A DNA stretch of 64,000 nt from Macrostomum lignano (lineage: Eukaryota): the NCBI GenBank assembly GCA_002269645.1, contig NIVC01001760.1, forward strand, positions 1-64,000, given 5' to 3'. Position numbers and translations under genes: made by a program. Below the pieces are notes generated by a model. The model did no database searches and was not told where the DNA came from. It saw nothing but the letters and a program-made list of their open reading frames with translations. Positions 49,656 through 58,613 of this stretch are shown piece by piece. Each line of letters begins with the position of its first letter. Positions within the stretch are counted from its first letter, which is position 1.

Positions 49656-50459
49656 CCTCAATTCATGTGGATTCTTCATCTGGCCTTAGAGATAGAAACG
49701 TTTGCCAATCCTTGGCCTAAAAGTTTAATGCAGCCACTTTCATAACGCCTAGAATTCAGCATTTTTGATGAAAATCTCTTTTCGGCGATGCAAAGTCCCT
49801 GGCTGGCAACAAAGACCCCGGAGCAGGAAGGAAACCATCTGGGTTATTGAAAACACGGACACGGTCTGCAAGGCTACATTGAGACGGTTACAAACCGAGC
49901 TCTACTCGGGTCAGCAGGTGCGCGGGTCAAGTGAGGCGGCGGAAGGCCTTCCCGGTCCGCGTGCCGCCAGCCACTCGGCTGCTCTTCTTTGAGACCGATT
50001 TACCGATTTTCTGTTTTTGACTTTTGGCTTCCCCGCTTCTTCCGCCTCGTTTCCGCGGCCCAATTTGTCCGACCGGCTGCGGCCTTGGCAACCAAAAGGG
50101 AGCCCAGCTCAGACTCAGAGCTCCGATCCCTAAGGGATTGCGGGCCGCCGTTTATAATTCGCTATTTTAAACAGTCAATATGCTAATTTGGCACCTGGAG
50201 TCCCGCTTTTTAAAAGAAGTCAAATGCTTCTTTAAGAGATAACTTCTATGGGGGTTGAACGCAGATTAATTGGGAATCCGTGGAAGATATGCAAAAAAGA
50301 CTTGACAACTGGCCTGGAATCTTCCCGGGCATCATCCTGCACCCTGGTATCTAGCGGAACTTGACGTCACAATTTATCAATTTGCTTTTTTCTCACCCAT
50401 CCTGTCTCAATGCTTTTTCCTTCTGCCCATCCTCTTGTTTCATATCTTTCTCCCATTTT

Positions 50460-51066
50460 ATCCACCTCTCTACCTTTCTCTACACCTCTCTACCTCTCTC
50501 TACACCGCTCTACCTTTCTCTACACCCCTTTACCCTTCTCTACACCTCACTACCTTTCTCTACACCCCTCTCCGTTTCTCTACACCTCTCTACCTTTCTC
50601 TACACCCCTCTCCATTTCTCTACACCTCTCTACCTTTCTCTACACCCCTCTCCGTTTCTCTACACCTCTCTACCTCTCTCTACACCTCTCTACCTTTCTC
50701 TACACCTCTCTACCTCTCTCTACACCTCTCTACCTTTCTCTACACCTCTCTACCTCTCTCTACACCTCTCTACCTCCCTCTACACCTCTCTACCTTTCTC
50801 TACACCTCTCTACCTCTCTCTACCTCTCTCTACACCTCTCTACCTTTCTCTACACCTCTCTACCTCTCTCTACACCTCTCTACCTTTCTCTACACCTCTC
50901 TACCTCTCTCTACACCGCTCTACCTCTCTCTACACCTCTCTACCTTTCTCTACACCTCTCTACCTTTCTCTACACCTCTCTACCTCTCTCTACACCGCTC
51001 TACCTTTCTCTACACCCCTTTACCCTTCTCTACACCTCACTACCTTTCTCTACACCTCTCTCCGTT
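50460..51066. repeat. 20-bp minisatellite (TCTACACCTC TCTACCTTTC)n
   Basis: Two 10-bp subunits in tandem. Confidence 0.94.
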
Positions 51067-51702
51067 TCTTGTTCACTTGCAATAATTACACAAACCTAGT
51101 TTGCAAGTTAATAACTGAACAAAGTTATTTAAACTGAATTATATATTTTTTTCGATCCAGTCATTAGGCCTTACAGCTAGCTAGTCTAAACACTGAATTG
51201 GAAGAGACAGACTGTAAGTGAATGGAAGGAGACACAGAGAGAGATGATATACTTGCAGTTTTGGCTCCACCCCTGGGGGCAAACTTTGGCCAGACTACTT
51301 GAAAACAAACTTGCACAGTCCCGGGGCCGATCACTGAGCTGGTGCTTCAGCTCCTTGCGGTCTTGCACAACTGCAGTAGTATAAGTAGTAGTATATAGTT
51401 GAATATATCGCTGTTACTTAGCACCGGTTCCTTCCTGCATGTAGGCTAACTGCCGCCTTAAACCCCTGAGGCGAATTCCCTGTGAGCAGGGCTGCAGAGT
51501 AAAGGGATGAGAACAGCTGAGGATGCATTGTTCCCTTCGATCCCACTATTTCCGGTTCTCCCAAAGACGCGCTTTCCCGAACCTGGGTAGAGAATTAAAA
51601 ATTAAGGCCTTAGATATTTTCTCTGTTTTAAACTTTAAATACTTACTCTTCTCAGTTGCAGAGCCTGGTTCCTTTTTAGCCTGTTTGACTTGCGTTTTAT
51701 GC

Positions 51703-52354
51703 GGGCTACCAGGGGTGACAGGAGTAACAGGGGTGACAGGAGTACCAGGGGTGACAGGGCTACCAGGGGTGACAGGAGTACCAGGGGTGACAGGGCTACC
51801 AGGGGTGACAGGAGTAACAGGGGTGACAGGAGTACCAGGGGTGACAGGAGTACCAGGGGTGACAGGAGTACCAGGGGTGACAGGGCTACCAGGGGTGACA
51901 GGAGTACCAGGGGTGACAGGGCTACCAGGGGTGACAGGGCTACCAGGGGTGACAGGAGTACCAGGGGTGACAGGAGTACCAGGGGTGACAGGAGTACCAG
52001 GGGTGACAGGGCTACCAGGGGTGACAGGAGTACCAGGGGTGACAGGGCTACCAGGGGTGACAGGGCTACCAGGGGTGACAGGAGTAACAGGGGTGACAGG
52101 AGTACCAGGGGTGACAGGAGTACCAGGGGTGACAGGAGTACCAGGGGTGACAGGGCTACCAGGGGTGACAGGGCTACCAGGGGTGACAGGAGTACCAGGG
52201 GTGACAGGGCTACCAGGGGTGACAGGAGTACCAGGGGTGACAGGGCTACCAGGGGTGACAGGAGTAACAGGGGTGACAGGAGTACCAGGGGTGACAGGAG
52301 TACCAGGGGTGACAGGAGTACCAGGGGTGACAGGGCTACCAGGGGTGACAGGAG
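51703..52354. repeat. 18-bp minisatellite (GGGGTGACAGGAGTACCA / GGGGTGACAGGGCTACCA), left part; interrupted by E2
   Basis: The array resumes at 61010 in register after the element. Confidence 0.97.
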
Positions 52355-53187
52355 TGTCATGAATGTGTTATTATGACTGTGTGTACTTTGCTACTTTGCT
52401 ACGCCGGGCCAGTCGGCCGTCCTCTCCCCCCTCCTTAGATATTTTCTGACTCACCCACCTGCACTTCTGCGCGTGCGTACCCCTCCCCTCCCTGCCTAGA
52501 CCTTTTCTGTTGAGTCAAACCCCCCCCATGCTCTGCGTGCGACCCCCCCCTGTGCGACCCCGCCCCATTATTTTGTTAGCTTTGCTGCCCCGCCCCTGTT
52601 TGTGATTGGCTGCCAGTCCCAGTCTGCCGTGCTGCGCCCCGGCGATTGGCTGGTACAGCTCATGCGTTGCCTTGGCTGATGTCTAAGCCCCCTTTTCTGC
52701 CTTTATCCCGCGCCCTCGACCCCCAGTTTGCTGCCTATTTATTCGGCCCCCTTGAGACCCCATTCTCGTCGTCTTCGTGGCTCCTCGGCGATTGTGCCAG
52801 CGTTGGTTGCTGAATTGCTATTCCTCGCAGAATTGCTAGACAAATATATAAGTAAAGAATATCGAGATCACCACTGCTCTGACGGCGCTGTTTCTTGTAC
52901 GACTGAAATCGCGGCTGGTAAGCCTTCCAATTTGTACGTCATTTGGGTCTGCATCTGTACTAGGCACCTTAGAGGGATTAAGTGCGTCGTACGCCGGTCC
53001 CACCCCAAGCAGCTCTGCGTCGTACGCGAGTCTGTAGGCTGTCGTGCGTCGTACGCTCGAGCAGCCTAGTCCCGACGGACACCGCGTCGTACGCGTGTCA
53101 GTGGAGGACCGCAGCCAGGGTCAGTACACGAACCCGGGTCTGGGAAAGGGGCACGAAAGGACCGAGCCCTTGAGCCCCATCATCACA
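52355..53187 (+). repeat. E2 5' LTR (833 bp)
   Basis: Matches 60174-61009 apart from the length of two C homopolymers. Contains two TGATTGGCT (reverse CCAAT) boxes and TATATAA. Confidence 0.98.
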
Positions 53188-53190
53188 AAT

Positions 53191-53207
53191 TGGCATCCTT
53201 GGTGGGA
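53191..53207 (+). other. E2 primer-binding site (TGGCATCCTTGGTGGGA); primer tRNA not determined, Arg- or Asn-like
   Basis: TGG start 3 nt after the LTR; the reverse complement ends in G-CCA like a tRNA 3' end. Confidence 0.7.
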
Positions 53208-53295
53208 CCCTGCGCTGTGGAAGACTAAGCAAGGAAGAAAGCTCGAGGCGCGGAATATTGTGAGAAATTAAGGTTAGAAACTGTGACGCCGTGGT

Positions 53296-54372
53296 ATGGA
53301 TGCTGGAGGTGCTGCTGGAGGTGCTGCTGGAGGTGCGGCTGGAGGTGCGGCTGGAGGTGCGGCTGGAGGTGCGGCTGGAGGTGCTGCTGGAGGTGCTGCT
53401 GGAGCCTTTGGTGTTAATGATCTGGTCGCCGCCTTGACTGCCCAGATTCAGCAGAACATGCAGCAAGCGGGTGCCCTCAGGATTCAGAGGCCGGTGAAGT
53501 ATGCTCCAGGAATGAATTTCGTGAAGTGGTTGAGGCTCTTCGTAGCTTATTGCGATGCCATGCAGATTCCGATGCAGAATCGGCGCGCTCAGTTGCTCAG
53601 CAACCTAGACTTCAGCACCTTCCAAGTTGTTGACAACATGAACCTTGGGGACGACTTGCAGTTCGAAGAATTTACCCAGGCCTTGAGGGATAGGTTCACT
53701 ATGCACCGTACCGTCGTCGACTACCGCACAGAACTGAGCAATAGAGAGCAGAGTGAGAAGGAGTCGGTAGAAGATTTCTCTGAAGCTGTGATTGAGTTGG
53801 TCGCAAACGCCTTTCCTGATGCGCCTGCCGATGTGCGCGATGATCTTGCGAAAGAGCGATTTATGCGAGGCGTCCGTGCGGGGGTGGCTGTGCGGGAGCG
53901 ACTGTACATGAGCCAGCCGGAGACGTTAGCGGACGCAATGCGTCTGGTGCATCAGCTGGAAGCGGCGGTTAGGGCAAGTCATGGTCCACCAGGTCAGGTA
54001 TCGAAAAGAACCGTTTGTGCTGTTACGACCGAGACCAGAAAGGAGGCTTCCGAAAGCAGTGAGGTCGAGATGCTTCGAAAACAGCTGGCGGCCATGGAGA
54101 TGCGAATGAAAGAGATGGAGGAGCGGAGGTCTGAAGAAGCGGCAGAGCCGACCCCGGCGAGTCGGAAGGCTGTGCAGTGTTTTTCGTGTCGAGAGTGGGG
54201 CCATATCTCATCAAAGTGTCCGAAGAAGACCAGTCAGAAGAGTGAAAACGGGAAATCGCCAGTACGATGTCACAAGTGCAACGGTGAAGGCCACCTATCC
54301 TTCAAGTGTCCGAAGTCGGGAAACGGGCCGAGGGGACCGACCGGGGAGAGTCGGGACCCTGCCAGGAAGTGA
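53296..54372 (+). CDS. gag: E2 Gag, 358 aa, N-terminal (AGGA)n repeat and two CCHC knuckles
   Basis: CFSCREWGHISSKC and CHKCNGEGHLSFKC; N-terminal domain homologous to E1 Gag (DL..ALTA..Q..RP.KY.P..F..W...F..YC.A). Confidence 0.95.
   Translation: MDAGGAAGGAAGGAAGGAAGGAAGGAAGGAAGGAAGAFGVNDLVAALTAQIQQNMQQAGALRIQRPVKYAPGMNFVKWLRLFVAYCDAMQIPMQNRRAQLLSNLDFSTFQVVDNMNLGDDLQFEEFTQALRDRFTMHRTVVDYRTELSNREQSEKESVEDFSEAVIELVANAFPDAPADVRDDLAKERFMRGVRAGVAVRERLYMSQPETLADAMRLVHQLEAAVRASHGPPGQVSKRTVCAVTTETRKEASESSEVEMLRKQLAAMEMRMKEMEERRSEEAAEPTPASRKAVQCFSCREWGHISSKCPKKTSQKSENGKSPVRCHKCNGEGHLSFKCPKSGNGPRGPTGESRDPARK
54318..54324 (+). other. -1 ribosomal frameshift slippery heptamer G GGA AAC (E2)
   Basis: In gag phase, pol in the -1 frame, downstream AGGG-GA-CCGAC/GTCGG-GA-CCCT hairpin. 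Confidence 0.82.
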
Positions 54373-57300
54373 AGTCTCCCAGGAGCGAGGAACCGGGGTT
54401 GCTCACTAACTCTGTAAATAAATCCAAGTGCGTCTCTGGTGATGGGAATTCAAAGAGCAACCTGGTTCATGAGGCGTGTTCGTCGGTATCAACGGAGCCT
54501 CTGACAGTTTTTATTTCCGGTGCGGTTTCCGGCAAGCCAGTGGCTCTGCTGTTAGACAGTGGTGCGAGTGTGTCAGTGCTGAGCTGTGATGTTTTCCTGA
54601 GGCTGCCGCAAGAGGTGAGGGAGAGACTGACTGCAATGGACGGTTCCCTTTCAACGGCCAATGGAGGTGCGATGAGGATGAGAGGCTGCATTGTGCTGGA
54701 CGTGGAGATTGGCGGCGAGCGGTGGTCAGCGAATTTCTTCGTAGTGGACGGATTACGTTATGATGTCATTCTCGGGTCCGAATTTTTCAAACAGCATCGT
54801 TGCGTCATCAACTATTCAGAGTTTGTCTTTCGAGTGGGCGATGTTAGAGTTCCGATACGGCAGAAAGGCGAGCTGCCCGTGGTGTGTCGAATCAAAGCCG
54901 AGACAACGGTATTTCTGGAACCGGCGCAAGAAGTGATCATGCCAGCCAGGGTAGAGAAAAAGGGCGCAAGAAACTGCGGATCGGTCGGCATAACGGAAGA
55001 AAAGCCGGTGAAGGCCGCTGAGAAGGATTTGGCGCTGGCTCGAGCTCTGGTAGCGCCCGGCGTGGATGGACGGCTGCCGATGAGATTGCTGAATACGTCC
55101 AGTTGTAGGAAGAGGGTCAAGAAAGGAGAGACGATTGGCTGGTTTATTCCTTTGGAACCGAACGGAGGTATCAACGTGGTGCGCTTGGACGACGACGTAG
55201 AGGCCAAGAATGAAGCGGAGGCATGGGACCCGATCGAAGAATTCCGCGAGTGGGGTTCGTGTGGCCTGTCGGAGGAGGAGGAAGCCGACTTCAGGGAGCT
55301 GATTTCCCAACATCGGGCTGTCTTTGCTAAGGACTCCAAGGATCTCGGCGGTACGACGGTGATGAAGCACGAGATCGACACTGGAGATGCCAGGCCTGTG
55401 AAAGAGGCGGCGAGGCGGATTCCCCCTTACCTGCGGCAGGAAGTGGACAAGGAGTTGGATGACTTGCTGGAAGCTGGGAGAATCAGCGAGGTTCAGTCCC
55501 CATGGTGCTCTCCGGTGGTGTGCGTGAAAAAGAAGGACGGTTCCCTGAGGTTCTGTTGTGACTACCGGAAACTGAATGAAGTGACCAAGAAGGATGCAGT
55601 GCCGTTGCCCAGGACAGATGACCTGTTGGAGAGCCTAGGCGGTGCCAAGATTTTTTCGACCATGGACATGCAGTCGGGATACTGGCAGATGGCGGTGGAA
55701 CCCAGCGACAGACTGAAGACGGCCTTTGGCGTTTCACACCGGGTACAGCAGTACGCCTGGAACGTTATGCCATTTGGATTGACAAATGCACCGGCTTCAT
55801 TCAGCCGGCTAATGAATGTGGTGTTGGGGAAGTTGTGCTGGAAGACGTGTTTGGTGTATCTGGACGACCTGCTAGTGTGGTCACGAACGGTAGAAGAGCA
55901 CCTGGAACGGTTGCAAACGGTTTTTCGACGGTTGCGAGCAGCGAACATCAAACTGAAGCCGAAGAAGTGCGCATTCCTGCTGAAGTCAGTGACCTTCCTG
56001 GGACACGTAGTGTCAGCTGATGGGATCGCCACGAGTCCAGAAAAGATTGCCGAAATTCGTGACTGGCCAACTCCGAGGAATGTGAAGGAAGTAAGGTCAT
56101 TCCTGGGACTGTGCGGGTATTACCGGCAATTCATCGCAGATTTTTCCCGCATTGCTGAGCCGATGCTGCGACGGACCCGACATGATTGCCCGTGGAGCTG
56201 GGATGAGGAGTGTCAAGCCGCATTCGAGGCCCTGAAGGAAAGGTTGCAGGGATCTGAGGTCATGGCGTTTCCAAACTTTGCGGAGGACGCTGGAGAATTC
56301 GTTTTAGACACAGACGGTAGCACAAAAGAAGGAATTGGCGCTGTGCTTTCGCAGGTGCAGAAAGATGGGAGTGAGAAGGTAATAGCTTACGGAAGCAGGA
56401 CGTTGTCGCGAGAAGAACGGAATTACTGCACGACACGAGTCGAGTTGCTGGCCGTGGTGTTTTTCGTACAGAAGTTTCGTTATTACCTGATGGGGCGAGA
56501 GTTTCTAGTGCGCACCGATCACAGCAGCTTGAAGTGGCTGCATTCGCTGCGGGACGTAGAAGGACAACTGGCCAGATGGCTGGAACTCTTGGCTCCGTAC
56601 AGGTATCGCATCGAACATCGTCCGGGAGTGAAACATCAACACGCGGACGCTCTCTCCAGGAAGCCACGTCGGCGCCATCAAGGAAGCGAGAGTTGTCCTG
56701 GATGTGCACAAGAGCAGATCGGCGTGAACGCGTTGGGATTGCAGAAGTGGACCTCGGAGGAGATCAGAGAGAGCCAGAAGATGGACAGCGACATTCGTCA
56801 GGCGATGGAGCTGCTGGCTCACAGCGACGGAGAGATAACCGAAGAGCATTTGCGGCGCATATCACCGACGGCAAGGAGGATTGTCGAAAGACGTCGTGAC
56901 CTTGAGGTGTCGGACAGTGAGGTGTTGCTGTGTCATACGGCCAGTAGACGTCAGCCGCAAGTGGTGTTGCCACGGAATATGCTGAGAGCGGTGCTGGAAG
57001 AAGCTCATGGTGGACGGAGTGGAGGGCACGTTGGGATTTTCAAGACCAAGGAGAAGGTGCGGCAATCGTTTTGGTGGCCGGGACTTGGCCGCGAGGTCGA
57101 AGAGCACGTAAAAGCCTGTTTGGACTGCACCAAGGCCAAAGCTGGCAAGAAACCAATTGCACCGATGGAGCCGATTCCGAGTTCAAGCCCATTCGATATC
57201 GTGATGACGGACGTCATCGGGCCGCTGCCACGGAGCAAGAAAGGAAACTTCTACATCCTCACGGTGCAAGATGCGTTCTCAAAGTGGCCTGACGCTTATG

Positions 57301-58514
57301 CCATCCGGAACCAGAAGTCGGCAACGATCGCAAGGGTGCTATTCGAACGCTGGATTGCCAATCACGGGTGCCCCCGGGTACTTCACTCAGACCAAGGAAG
57401 GAACTTTGAGTCGGGGATCGTCAGGAAGCTGTGCGAGCTGTTGGGTGTGAAGAAGACCAGGACGAGCGCCTACCACCCGAGTGGCAACGGACAGGTGGAA
57501 CGATTTAACGGGTTCCTGAAGAACAGTTTGCGCACGTATCTGGTACAGAAGGGTCAGAACGCCTGGGAGGAGTACCTGCCAAGTGCCTTGATGGCTTATC
57601 GATCGACGGTCCAGGCGTCCACCGGTTACACGCCCTACTACATGCTGCATGGTCAGGAGATGCCGCTGGGATTCGAACCAGAGGACCTTAGGCGAAAGAC
57701 GGACAGCTATCCCTTGTTTGTGCAAGAGATCCAGCAGAACCTGCTTCATGCCCATGAACGCATTCGAGAAGGACGCGAGACGGTTCAGCGACGGCAGAAA
57801 ATGAATTACGATCGGAAAGTAAAGGGCAAAGCGATTCAGAAGGGCGACTCTGTCTTGCTGTACTATCCGTGCTTGGAGATGGGAGAGAAAAGCAAGTTCC
57901 ATATCAACTGGCGCGGCCCAGTGAAGGTCCTGGAGAAGCTGTCAGATGCGTTGTACCGAGTGCAGGATCCGACACAGCCGCAGAAGACCAAGGTGGTGCA
58001 CTTCAACAATCTCCGGCCGGTTCAGGGCCAGACGGAGGCGGCAGACGGTCAAGAGACTAGAGAGGAAATTGGGAGGGCCAGTTCGGGAAAAACCAGGCCG
58101 CGACGTGATAATTCCACTGCTGGACGAAGCCGAAGGCAGAGAGTGCAACGGGGCGAGACCCAGAGGTGGACCGCAGCGCGAGGGCCGCAGGACCAGGAAT
58201 CCGAGCAGGAAGATGAAGAGTTTGAAGATCTTCAGCTGCGGTTTCAAGATCCAAGAGATCACGCTCCACCGGACACCCGAAATCTGGCCGAAGACTGTGA
58301 GCCCGGACCTGAGCGTCGAGAAGCAGACGATGACGAAGAAGAGCACGACGATGAGTCGCGGTACGACGAGGAGCAGGACGAAGAGGATGAGGCAGAGCCG
58401 AACGACGCCAACGTACCCGAGCAGGAAGTGAGGACGGCACAGGAGGAAGCAGGGCGACCAAGACGTCTGCGGCGACCGCCAGATCGGTTTGGGGTCCCGG
58501 TGTACTACTACTGA
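54318..58514 (+). CDS. pol: E2 pro-pol: protease, RT, RNase H, integrase, long acidic tail; uninterrupted
   Basis: LLDSGA, YLDD, DTDGS, HHCC, DVIGP/DQGRNF/E, WRGPVKV within a 1402-codon open frame. Confidence 0.98.
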   Translation, partial: GKRAEGTDRGESGPCQEVKSPRSEEPGLLTNSVNKSKCVSGDGNSKSNLVHEACSSVSTEPLTVFISGAVSGKPVALLLDSGASVSVLSCDVFLRLPQEVRERLTAMDGSLSTANGGAMRMRGCIVLDVEIGGERWSANFFVVDGLRYDVILGSEFFKQHRCVINYSEFVFRVGDVRVPIRQKGELPVVCRIKAETTVFLEPAQEVIMPARVEKKGARNCGSVGITEEKPVKAAEKDLALARALVAPGVDGRLPMRLLNTSSCRKRVKKGETIGWFIPLEPNGGINVVRLDDDVEAKNEAEAWDPIEEFREWGSCGLSEEEEADFRELISQHRAVFAKDSKDLGGTTVMKHEIDTGDARPVKEAARRIPPYLRQEVDKELDDLLEAGRISEVQSPWCSPVVCVKKKDGSLRFCCDYRKLNEVTKKDAVPLPRTDDLLESLGGAKIFSTMDMQSGYWQMAVEPSDRLKTAFGVSHRVQQYAWNVMPFGLTNAPASFSRLMNVVLGKLCWKTCLVYLDDLLVWSRTVEEHLERLQTVFRRLRAANIKLKPKKCAFLLKSVTFLGHVVSADGIATSPEKIAEIRDWPTPRNVKEVRSFLGLCGYYRQFIADFSRIAEPMLRRTRHDCPWSWDEECQAAFEALKERLQGSEVMAFPNFAEDAGEFVLDTDGSTKEGIGAVLSQVQKDGSEKVIAYGSRTLSREERNYCTTRVELLAVVFFVQKFRYYLMGREFLVRTDHSSLKWLHSLRDVEGQLARWLELLAPYRYRIEHRPGVKHQHADALSRKPRRRHQGSESCPGCAQEQIGVNALGLQKWTSEEIRESQKMDSDIRQAMELLAHSDGEITEEHLRRISPTARRIVERRRDLEVSDSEVLLCHTASRRQPQVVLPRNMLRAVLEEAHGGRSGGHVGIFKTKEKVRQSFWWPGLGREVEEHVKACLDCTKAKAGKKPIAPMEPIPSSSPFDIVMTDVIGPLPRSKKGNFYILTVQDAFSKWPDAYAIRNQKSATIARVLFERWIANHGCPRVLHSDQGRNFESGIVRKLCELLGVKKTRTSAYHPSGNGQVERFNGFLKNSLRTYLVQKGQNAWEEYLPSALMAYRSTVQASTGYTPYYMLHGQEMPLGFEPEDLRRKTDSYPLFVQEIQQNLLHAHERIREGRETVQRRQKMNYDRKVKGKAIQKGDSVLLYYPCLEMGEKSKFHINWRGPVKVLEKLSDALYRVQDPTQPQKTKVVHFNNLRPVQGQTEAADGQETREEIGRASSGKTRPRRDNSTAGRSRRQRVQRGETQRWTAARGPQDQESEQEDEEFEDLQLRFQDPRDHAPPDTRNLAEDCEPGPERREADDDEEEHDDESRYDEEQDEEDEAEPNDANVPEQEVRTAQEEAGRPRRLRRPPDRFGVPVYYY

Positions 58515-58613
58515 AGAAGGGTCCGGTGTACGGCGCTTGGATAGCCAAAGGGGAAGGGAGGTACATGTCGTGCGTGTCTCATTGCTCATCGGAGTTAGGC
58601 CGGACTGTTACAG

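Noticed and set aside
51523-52362. Collagen-like (G-X-Y)n [15 protein letters not shown] and the overlapping RGD-repeat frame
   Set aside because: Both follow automatically from the 9/18-bp unit. There are only two unit types at the DNA level, no synonymous variation, and no signal peptide or splice context.
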